Origin: an uncultured virus (IMG/VR IMGVR_UViG_3300008262_000044)
Taxonomy: Duplodnaviria > Heunggongvirae > Uroviricota > Caudoviricetes
Length of the DNA: 64,000 nt
Reading direction: 5' to 3' (one strand)
IMG/VR virus record: IMGVR_UViG_3300008262_000044
Below are positions 1 to 6,083 of this stretch, piece by piece (position 1 is the first letter of the stretch; the number at the start of each line of letters is the position of its first letter). The notes under the pieces were generated by a model. It saw nothing but the letters and a program-made list of their open reading frames with translations. It did no database searches and had not been told where the DNA came from. The translations under genes and the position numbers were made by a program.

Positions 1-34
1 CAATTGTTGCCAATTCCAAACAATTTGGAAAAAT

Positions 35-69
35 AATTGGTTGACGGACAAATGGTTTGGTAGTATACT
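35..69 (+). promoter_or_regulatory. Early sigma70-type promoter
   Basis: AATTGG-TTGACG(41-46)-17 bp-TATACT(64-69). Confidence 0.8.
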
Positions 70-125
70 CAAAATGCTATCAAATTGGTTGGTAGTTTTT
101 ATTCACACACAGAGAGGTAATTATT

Positions 126-422
126 ATGTCGACTGACAAGCGTTTTAGTGTAGCAGGTGTTTCAACCCTTAACGGCAAGACCAAGCTGCGTTTCGCCAAT
201 GACCAGATGCGTATCAAGATTCTGGCCAAGAACGGACACACTGGTGTTGAGCTGGTTGATCTTGGCAAGCCAATGACCAAAGGTGAGATCGTTCAAGAAC
301 TCGTGGCTCGTGGCTTTGGTGCTGGCAATGCTGCTGTGGAAGCTGCGATCGCCTACACCGCGAAGAAGAACCCTGCCACAGCTACAGCAAGTACTGCTGC
401 TGCGGCAACTGTTGCTGCCTAA
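126..422 (+). CDS. Hypothetical early protein with Ala/Thr-rich C-terminus
   Basis: 98-aa ORF with GAGG RBS, after a promoter and before a terminator. Confidence 0.8.
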   Translation: MSTDKRFSVAGVSTLNGKTKLRFANDQMRIKILAKNGHTGVELVDLGKPMTKGEIVQELVARGFGAGNAAVEAAIAYTAKKNPATATASTAAAATVAA

Positions 423-447
423 CCCGATTCGCTCCCGGGATTGGCAG

Positions 448-478
448 GCCCTGGGCTACGTGCTCAGGGCTTTTTTTT
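448..478 (+). terminator. Rho-independent terminator
   Basis: GCCCTGGGC-TACGT-GCTCAGGGC stem followed by T8. Confidence 0.85.
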
Positions 479-481
479 GGC

Positions 482-510
482 TTGACCAAATGGACGAACG
501 GTGTTAGAAT
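482..510 (+). promoter_or_regulatory. Early sigma70-type promoter
   Basis: TTGACC(482-487)-17 bp-TAGAAT(505-510). Confidence 0.6.
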
Positions 511-573
511 GTCTGCATGATGACGATGAACGAACATGATGAATAACCCTACGGACTGATGGGACATTTGATA

Positions 574-608
574 TTTTGGTTGACATTTTGGTGTGCTGGC
601 CATATACT
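574..608 (+). promoter_or_regulatory. Early sigma70-type promoter
   Basis: TTTTGG-TTGACA(580-585)-17 bp-TATACT(603-608). Confidence 0.85.
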
Positions 609-646
609 AATGATACTGCGATACGCAGGCAACTAAGGAGCAACAA

Positions 647-1126
647 ATGCAAATAGCACAACTAGTAGTTCAGGGCACAGACAACAACACACAACAACTG
701 TTGGACTTGGTGTTGAGCAAGAAGCAACAGCCAGTCAAGTTTGTCACGGAGCGTATGTTGAAGGTACGCAAGGGACAGGACGCTATTGTTAAGCGTTCAG
801 AGTTTACCGCAATCATCGGACAGGTATACGACGAGATTGAGGAAGTGATTGAGAAGCGAGCAACTGGCGAACTGCCAGCAGAGAATGCAGGTTTGCCATG
901 GGGCGAGTGGGCTGTATTCCCCTACATTATCGCACACAAGGGCGAATACTATGTGCGATGCACAATGGACAAGACTGCGGAACGCAAAGCGCCACGCTAC
1001 ACACGCAACGGTGTAGAGATTACTAGGGATGAGGCGCAGGCAGCGGCACTGGCAAGCGAGTTTAGGGCGGGGGACGACAGCATTGTGTTTAACATCAAAC
1101 TAGGCAGCGTGGTAACTGCAGAGTAA
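647..1126 (+). CDS. Hypothetical early protein
   Basis: 159-aa ORF with TAAGGAG RBS. Confidence 0.85.
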   Translation: MQIAQLVVQGTDNNTQQLLDLVLSKKQQPVKFVTERMLKVRKGQDAIVKRSEFTAIIGQVYDEIEEVIEKRATGELPAENAGLPWGEWAVFPYIIAHKGEYYVRCTMDKTAERKAPRYTRNGVEITRDEAQAAALASEFRAGDDSIVFNIKLGSVVTAE

Positions 1127-1181
1127 GGGGAGGGGGGCACACGCCCCCCAACTGACCCGGTTGCTTTTTTAACAACTAATT

Positions 1182-1216
1182 TTTTGGTTGACAGTCCGGC
1201 GTTTTGGTACTATAAT
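1182..1216 (+). promoter_or_regulatory. Early sigma70-type promoter (perfect consensus)
   Basis: TTTTGG-TTGACA(1188-1193)-17 bp-TATAAT(1211-1216). Confidence 0.9.
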
Positions 1217-1256
1217 TTAAACACTGCAAAACGCAGTGCAACTACCGGAGCTAACA

Positions 1257-1532
1257 ATGCAAAAAGTTACTAACGCCGACGTAGCAATTATTGTACAACT
1301 TTTGCAAGCCGACATTGCAAAATACTTACGCACTGTCGACGTCAACGCCGACAACACTGTCTGCGCCGAGCAACACACCGACATTGTTACAATTTACGCA
1401 GCACTTGTACAGTTTATGCAAAATAAAAATGCAGTCCAACTTTGCGACACAATTATGCACATGTACACCGACGCACAAAGCAAGTTTTATAAAACTGTAC
1501 ACTATTGCACCGACAATTACTTGTATGCGTAA
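1257..1532 (+). CDS. Hypothetical early protein (GA/TC/GG-depleted gene)
   Basis: GGAG RBS at 1247-1250 favours ATG 1257 over the track's GTG 1236. Confidence 0.75.
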   Translation: MQKVTNADVAIIVQLLQADIAKYLRTVDVNADNTVCAEQHTDIVTIYAALVQFMQNKNAVQLCDTIMHMYTDAQSKFYKTVHYCTDNYLYA

Positions 1533-1540
1533 CTGTTAGC

Positions 1541-1607
1541 AATAACCCGGCACTGCGCCGGGTTATTGAACATTTTGGTTGACTTTTTGGACAGCTGGTG
1601 CTATTAT
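1541..1607 (+). promoter_or_regulatory. Inverted repeat plus early promoter
   Basis: Perfect 11-bp IR AATAACCCGGC/GCCGGGTTATT (1541-1567), then TTTTGG-TTGACT(1579-1584)-17 bp-TATTAT(1602-1607). Confidence 0.8.
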
Positions 1608-1639
1608 ATACACACTGTTAAACAAAAAGGAGCGCAACA

Positions 1640-1894
1640 ATGCAAACTTACGCTAACGCAATACTTGCACAAAAAGCTTTTGCTAAAATTGTACAAAACA
1701 AAAAGCTAAAAACACTACGCATTTTAGTAAGCTTCTGCAATAACAGTCACATAACACAACGCAGCGCAGTTTACGCTACCGGGGACATTTGCAATATTAC
1801 AGACACTGCACAACAAAAAGCACAAGCAATTAACAAAGCATTACAATCAGCAAAACAGCAACTAGCAACAAATAACATTATAATTGTAAATTAA
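1640..1894 (+). CDS. Hypothetical early protein (GA/TC-depleted; no Glu, Trp or Pro)
   Basis: 84-aa ORF with AAGGAG RBS. Confidence 0.75.
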   Translation: MQTYANAILAQKAFAKIVQNKKLKTLRILVSFCNNSHITQRSAVYATGDICNITDTAQQKAQAINKALQSAKQQLATNNIIIVN

Positions 1895-1900
1895 CTAAGC

Positions 1901-1963
1901 AAAGGCCCTGCACACAGCAGGGTCTTTATTTTGGTTGACAAAGGGCAGGCAAGGTAGTATACT
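1901..1963 (+). promoter_or_regulatory. Hairpin/terminator plus early promoter
   Basis: AAAGGCCCTGC/GCAGGGTCTTT stem (1901-1927), then TTTTGG-TTGACA(1935-1940)-17 bp-TATACT(1958-1963). Confidence 0.85.
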
Positions 1964-1992
1964 GTAAACACTTAGACAACAAGGAGTGAGCG

Positions 1993-2118
1993 ATGAAAAT
2001 CTTGATAGCGTTCGTGGCAGGCATGTTCGTGGCCACAGTTGGTATCTCGGGCGTGGCCTCAGCAATTGACAAGGCCGTGGGCAAGACACAGACCATCATG
2101 AAGGAGACCGCACAATGA
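1993..2118 (+). CDS. Small membrane or secreted peptide (41 aa, not in ORF track)
   Basis: MKILIAFVAGMFVATVGISGVASAIDKAVGKTQTIMKETAQ; AAGGAG RBS; ATGA overlap with next gene. Confidence 0.7.
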   Translation: MKILIAFVAGMFVATVGISGVASAIDKAVGKTQTIMKETAQ

Positions 2119-2459
2119 TCACAGTAACTCCAGAGCAGATCCCTGCAGTGGTTCAAGAGGCACAGACCGCGGCCCATCAGGCAGCAGCCAAGTTCTTCCA
2201 AGAGAGGTTGGGCGGTCAGGATCAGTTTGCCTGTGGCTTCGCCTGGGTTACCATCCACGGCGTCAAGGGAAATACCAAGTTGGGCAAGGCCTTGAAAGAA
2301 TGCGATATCCGCCCAGCCTACTCAGGGGGACTGCAGATGTGGAACCCAAGTAAGTTTGGTTGCCAGAATGTGGACACACTGGAAGCAGGCGCAGAGGCCG
2401 CAGCACAGGTGTTTAAGAAATACGGATTCCAAGCCTACGCTGGTTCTAGGCTGGATTGA
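2115..2459 (+). CDS. Hypothetical early protein
   Basis: 114 aa, AAGGAG RBS, followed by a GC hairpin at 2460-2486. Confidence 0.85.
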   Translation: MITVTPEQIPAVVQEAQTAAHQAAAKFFQERLGGQDQFACGFAWVTIHGVKGNTKLGKALKECDIRPAYSGGLQMWNPSKFGCQNVDTLEAGAEAAAQVFKKYGFQAYAGSRLD

Positions 2460-2520
2460 GGCAGTTGGGGCCCAAGGCCCCGCTGCCCGCACTATACACA
2501 CAAATAGATTAAATAATATT

Positions 2521-2898
2521 ATGGATGATGCAACTCTAACGATTTTGGTCTTGGTCCTGGGCGTAGCAATAGGATGGAGACTACATGCCGCATTTTCTCG
2601 TTTCACCATGTTGTCCATAATGCGAGACATGGGCATCACTGAGCAGCAGCTCAAGGCTCAGATGAAGAAGTATGAACTCGAGACAGAACCCACCCCCGAA
2701 GATGAACTCACAGTCATTGAAGTAACTCTAGAGCAGCACCAAGGTCAGCTCTACGCCTTTCGCAAGGATGATGATTCATTCCTTGGCCAAGGCCGTGATC
2801 GTGACAGCCTTATAGATGATCTCAAGAGCAAGATGAACAATGTGCGTTTGGTCATAGTCGAGGGCAATGAATTAATCAAGGCAACCTCAAATGAATGA
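2521..2898 (+). CDS. Hypothetical protein with N-terminal transmembrane helix
   Basis: Start MDDATLTILVLVLGVAIGW chosen because TAAATA (2510-2515) lies 5 nt upstream. Confidence 0.7.
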   Translation: MDDATLTILVLVLGVAIGWRLHAAFSRFTMLSIMRDMGITEQQLKAQMKKYELETEPTPEDELTVIEVTLEQHQGQLYAFRKDDDSFLGQGRDRDSLIDDLKSKMNNVRLVIVEGNELIKATSNE

Positions 2899-3154
2899 TT
2901 GGCGCAAGATAGGAAGAACTCAGCAGCTGGGACGGCAGTTGACTCAGTGGGTTGAAAGTGAATATCACAGCTTGACACAGGATCAAACCCAAGCTATAAT
3001 TAAGGTACTGCAGGGCGAGCAGGACACTGACACACTCACAGAAGAGGAACTGAAATGGCTAGAGAACAAGGTCAACACGCTGGTAACCAGAAAGCTACTT
3101 TGGGATCATCAGCAGGCAGGTGGTGCGGTACAGCACTCATCCTCTGTGCATTAA
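2891..3154 (+). CDS. Hypothetical protein
   Basis: 87-aa ORF overlapping the end of the upstream gene. Confidence 0.55.
   Translation: MNDWRKIGRTQQLGRQLTQWVESEYHSLTQDQTQAIIKVLQGEQDTDTLTEEELKWLENKVNTLVTRKLLWDHQQAGGAVQHSSSVH
2972..3000 (+). promoter_or_regulatory. Internal sigma70 promoter (perfect consensus)
   Basis: TTGACA(2972-2977)-17 bp-TATAAT(2995-3000) inside ORF 2891-3154. Confidence 0.7.
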
Positions 3155-3342
3155 CAGGCTGTGCAGCCTTAGAAACCATCGTGGCAGAGAATCGTAGAGA
3201 TCCTCGTGACCGCCCGTGGGATCCAAAGCCTGGAGAAAGTTTGATCGCTCAGGTTCCGCACTGGGATCGTGCCGCTGAAAAGATGTGCGCGGGACACCTC
3301 CCTAAAAATCAAAGAAAACCCTACCAGACAAATCGCTGCTGA
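3055..3342 (+). CDS. Putative lipoprotein
   Basis: Hydrophobic stretch and lipobox-like ALILCALTGC; GAGG upstream; start uncertain. Confidence 0.55.
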   Translation: MAREQGQHAGNQKATLGSSAGRWCGTALILCALTGCAALETIVAENRRDPRDRPWDPKPGESLIAQVPHWDRAAEKMCAGHLPKNQRKPYQTNRC

Positions 3343-3377
3343 TTTTGGTTGACAAATTGGACAACCTGCGCTATACT
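3343..3377 (+). promoter_or_regulatory. Early sigma70-type promoter
   Basis: TTTTGG-TTGACA(3349-3354)-17 bp-TATACT(3372-3377). Confidence 0.85.
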
Positions 3378-3421
3378 TTAGACACTGCACAAACGCAGTG
3401 AACTAAACAAAGGAGCCCAAA

Positions 3422-3718
3422 ATGAGCAAAATCCAACAACTGCAACAGTTCGCAATGGACAACTACGAAGCAGGCGGCCACTGGGTTGCCGAGTGCTGGG
3501 ACGCAGCAGATTATAACGATGTGCTGGAACTGTGCGGCGGGGACGTGGAGTTGGCCAAGGCAAAGATTCAGGAAGATTGGGAGTTGACCAACGCACAGGA
3601 ACGTGAGTGCGCCTGGGGTGCTCCGGACGAAAGCATGGACGGAGATTTTGATTCAGCAATGGCCAGCGCAGGCTACGGCACAGACGAAGACTACGGTTAC
3701 GCAGACGAAGTTTATTAA
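3422..3718 (+). CDS. Very acidic hypothetical early protein
   Basis: 98 aa, AAGGAG RBS, D/E-rich C-terminus. Confidence 0.85.
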   Translation: MSKIQQLQQFAMDNYEAGGHWVAECWDAADYNDVLELCGGDVELAKAKIQEDWELTNAQERECAWGAPDESMDGDFDSAMASAGYGTDEDYGYADEVY

Positions 3719-3767
3719 ACAGTTTCGGGGCAGCGACAGCGTAAGTCCCCTTTCAATCAAGGAGCGA

Positions 3768-3902
3768 ATGATGATTTCATACAAGCGGGTAGGCGGACTG
3801 CATTTCGTCAAGATTTTCCGCGTAGGGTTCGCGTTCTATCTGCAGAAGAAACCTCGGGGCCGGGTCCGAGAGATCAATCAGATTAAATTAAATTTTGGTT
3901 GA
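3768..3902 (+). CDS. Small basic protein (44 aa)
   Basis: AAGGAG RBS then MMISYKRVGGLHFVKIFRVGFAFY; 3' part of track ORF 3603-3902. Confidence 0.65.
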   Translation: MMISYKRVGGLHFVKIFRVGFAFYLQKKPRGRVREINQIKLNFG

Positions 3903-3927
3903 CAGGTTGGGCCGGAGAAGCTATACT
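3893..3927 (+). promoter_or_regulatory. Early sigma70-type promoter
   Basis: TTTTGG-TTGACA(3899-3904)-17 bp-TATACT(3922-3927). Confidence 0.85.
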
Positions 3928-3954
3928 GTAAACAGTTAAACAAAGGAGCAGAAC

Positions 3955-4143
3955 ATGTCAGATCGAGTCATAGCATTTTTTGTATTCATGGGTATCATCC
4001 TAGCCGCAGGCGGGGTAGGCGGCATTGAGCAGAGCACTACGGGCCACGCTGATGATACGTCAAAAGGGATATCGTTAAGGTTGCTCCGGGGATTGGATCC
4101 CCTTGCCCGGGTTGAGGGGACTCCCCGGGCTTTTTTATTCTAG
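3955..4143 (+). CDS. Small membrane protein, possibly truncated or chimeric
   Basis: AAGGAG RBS and TM helix; the 3' half reads through hairpins and a terminator-like element. Confidence 0.55.
   Translation: MSDRVIAFFVFMGIILAAGGVGGIEQSTTGHADDTSKGISLRLLRGLDPLARVEGTPRAFLF
4105..4136 (+). terminator. Rho-independent terminator-like hairpin
   Basis: GCCCGGG...CCCGGGC followed by T6. Confidence 0.6.
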
Positions 4144-4155
4144 AAAGAAGCCACT

Positions 4156-4389
4156 ATGAAAGTCAATGAGATCCAGCAGTACAAGAACCTTGGCACCATA
4201 AAGATGATCATAGACGAGGGTAAGAGGTGGTACATCAGCACACACCACTTCTTTAATCATCAGGACGAGGAGCAGACTCTGAAGGCCGCACGTGAGAACC
4301 TAGAGTATCAGGAACTCAGAGCCAGGGAGGTCCGAGCGGCAATCCAGCTGTTGAAACAGCACAAATATCTAGTGTTCAAACCGGAGTAA
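4156..4389 (+). CDS. Hypothetical protein (coiled-coil C-terminus)
   Basis: 77-aa ORF filling the gap before the next promoter. Confidence 0.65.
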   Translation: MKVNEIQQYKNLGTIKMIIDEGKRWYISTHHFFNHQDEEQTLKAARENLEYQELRAREVRAAIQLLKQHKYLVFKPE

Positions 4390-4423
4390 ATTGGTTGACA
4401 TTTTGGGCAGCTGAGGGTATACT
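4389..4423 (+). promoter_or_regulatory. Early sigma70-type promoter
   Basis: AATTGG-TTGACA(4395-4400)-17 bp-TATACT(4418-4423). Confidence 0.85.
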
Positions 4424-4464
4424 ATAAACACTGCAACAACGCAGTGACACCAAGGAGCGATAGA

Positions 4465-4542
4465 ATGCAAAAGCGTATAAGCATTGGTTGGTTGTACTTG
4501 ACAGCAATGGTAATGATAGCCATCGCAGCATACCCCTACTAA
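4465..4542 (+). CDS. 25-aa hydrophobic peptide (not in ORF track)
   Basis: MQKRISIGWLYLTAMVMIAIAAYPY; AAGGAG RBS; stop overlaps the next RBS TAAGGAG. Confidence 0.6.
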   Translation: MQKRISIGWLYLTAMVMIAIAAYPY

Positions 4543-4549
4543 GGAGACG

Positions 4550-4753
4550 ATGATGACTGTACTGAATACACCAGAGCAGATTGCACTGTTCCGCATAGCA
4601 GCACTGAAGGCCGCAGTCAAGTTAGAGCTGATGGGACTGCGCCGCAGCAGCAGGGGCAGGTCAGCAACAGCTATAGCACGTGACGAGCTAGGGCTACGCA
4701 AAAGCGCACCGCGCACAGAGGTCCTAGCTGCGCTAGAGGCAGCACTGAGATAA
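4550..4753 (+). CDS. Small basic hypothetical protein
   Basis: 67 aa, TAAGGAG RBS. Confidence 0.8.
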   Translation: MMTVLNTPEQIALFRIAALKAAVKLELMGLRRSSRGRSATAIARDELGLRKSAPRTEVLAALEAALR

Positions 4754-4770
4754 GGTGGCCTGAACCAGAG

Positions 4771-4799
4771 AATCCTACCCCAGAGGTAGGATTTTTTTT
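4771..4799 (+). terminator. Terminator closing the early cassette array
   Basis: AATCCTACC-CCAGA-GGTAGGATT followed by a T run. Confidence 0.85.
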
Positions 4800-4979
4800 G
4801 ACTTTAGGATTCTGAGGAACTCGAGAGGAATCTAGGGGGGCCGGTGGTGGGGAGGTTCAGTCGAGGGGCATGGGGGGCATAGTGTTGTTTATACGCAACA
4901 TTTTGGAGCTGGGGTAGCAAAATCACCACCCTGAAATGAAAAGTACTCCACCTAAATTTTTTGCGCAGCTGGTTTACAC

Positions 4980-5008
4980 TTGACCTGCAGCCTTTTCTCT
5001 AGTATACT
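4980..5008 (+). promoter_or_regulatory. Sigma70-type promoter
   Basis: TTGACC(4980-4985)-17 bp-TATACT(5003-5008). Confidence 0.6.
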
Positions 5009-5017
5009 AGTCAGCTT

Positions 5018-5125
5018 ATGGACCAGGGTTTTTTCAAGTATTTGTATATCTGTATACAACTGTTTGTAGTCATTTCTGTAGTGGCTCTTTTTTCAGCAGC
5101 AGTATACATGTTATTTGCGGGTTAA
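5018..5125 (+). CDS. 35-aa single-TM peptide (not in ORF track)
   Basis: MDQGFFKYLYICIQLFVVISVVALFSAAVYMLFAG immediately after a promoter. Confidence 0.5.
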   Translation: MDQGFFKYLYICIQLFVVISVVALFSAAVYMLFAG

Positions 5126-5215
5126 AAAGCAGCCAGCTGGGCTACTCAAGTACTCCTCAAAAATTTTTGCGCAGCAGATTTTTTTTGGGCTGTAGCCTTT
5201 TTCAGCTGCAAGACT

Positions 5216-5446
5216 TTAATCTTCTTTGATAATCCACTTGGGTGTAGACCATGTCCAAGTCAGTGCAAACAGTGTATACGCCTGCTCACTGTTCAGCTGT
5301 ATACTAGCTCTATAATAGGTCAGTGTTTTGGTATATGTGCAATGGTAATATTGACTCCACTCTACTAGATGTTGATCCAGTACAGTGTTATAGTATAGAG
5401 CTGATTGTCCACCCGCTCCAGTTGGCAACATGAACTCAATATGCAT
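5216..5446 (-). CDS. Small hypothetical protein (C-terminal FxLxW family)
   Basis: 76 aa; TAAATA 7 nt upstream of ATG. Confidence 0.7.
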   Translation of the reverse strand: MHIEFMLPTGAGGQSALYYNTVLDQHLVEWSQYYHCTYTKTLTYYRASIQLNSEQAYTLFALTWTWSTPKWIIKED

Positions 5447-5480
5447 ATACTAGTATTTAAAATTATCATTAAATATTCAT

Positions 5481-5687
5481 GTGATTGACACCACTTATTA
5501 CTGTTATAGGCTCACAGTATACGAACCCTACGATGATGAAGACGTATGGGAGTTTGTGCAGCGCCATGGTGGTTATATGAGCATACGCAACGATGTCATA
5601 GACTTTTGGATACCTGCTCAGTATCTGTCTTTAATGCTATTAGCCTATCCAGATCTAGTTAGGCAGCATAATCTAGACTACATATAG
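5481..5687 (+). CDS. Small hypothetical protein
   Basis: 68 aa; TAAATA 5 nt upstream of GTG. Confidence 0.65.
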   Translation: MIDTTYYCYRLTVYEPYDDEDVWEFVQRHGGYMSIRNDVIDFWIPAQYLSLMLLAYPDLVRQHNLDYI

Positions 5688-5864
5688 AATTTCGCCTAGT
5701 GTGGACTCTACGCTGGATTGACGATCACGGCGTAGAATAAACTACTCTGATAACTCCCAGTTAAAAAACCTTTTACCGATCTTGCGCTACCGCTGTCGCT
5801 TCGCTCTAGAAAAAAATCTAGCGGCGCTTCGCGCTCTTTTTTAGACTTCTGCGTAAATATTTTT

Positions 5865-6083
5865 ATGTTAGTTGTCTATACACAACAATTAGCTGTACCA
5901 CAACAAGAGCTGTTGATTTCCTGGCAGTCTTGGGTGGACTATTGGCCCAGAAGTGTCAGCATGAGGGGTATGGAATCAGCTACTGCTTTAGATTGGTATC
6001 TGCTGTTTCACAATCAGTTTTGCGGTCTGCAGTGGATCATGCAGTGGCCCGAACACAGTCTAGTTATTTGTAAAGATAGTTAA
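5865..6083 (+). CDS. Small hypothetical protein
   Basis: 72 aa; TAAATA 5 nt upstream of ATG. Confidence 0.6.
   Translation: MLVVYTQQLAVPQQELLISWQSWVDYWPRSVSMRGMESATALDWYLLFHNQFCGLQWIMQWPEHSLVICKDS

Larger units (their letters stand above)
4941..5202. repeat. Imperfect direct repeat pair (4941-4996 and 5148-5201)
   Basis: AAGTACTCC-N4-AAATTTTT(T)GCGCAGC...CTG(C/T)AGCCTTTT occurs twice. Confidence 0.7.

Noticed and set aside
4049..4150. CTGATGA...GAAA as a hammerhead ribozyme
   Set aside because: I could not find complementary stem I/III partners or a correctly placed cleavage triplet.
35..4450. Repeated TTTTGGTTGAC motif as a CRISPR array
   Set aside because: The repeats are short, irregularly spaced by hundreds of bp, separated by ORFs, and fully explained as promoters. 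No cas genes are visible.
80..4716. Minus-strand ORFs in the early region (e.g. 80, 1926, 2322, 3378, 4369)
   Set aside because: They are antisense to plus-strand genes that have clear promoters and RBSs, and several run across promoter sequences.
1160..4899. GTTG-N8/9-CAAC inverted repeats (1160, 4884) as an operator
   Set aside because: Only two copies with different spacing, so they cannot be distinguished from chance.
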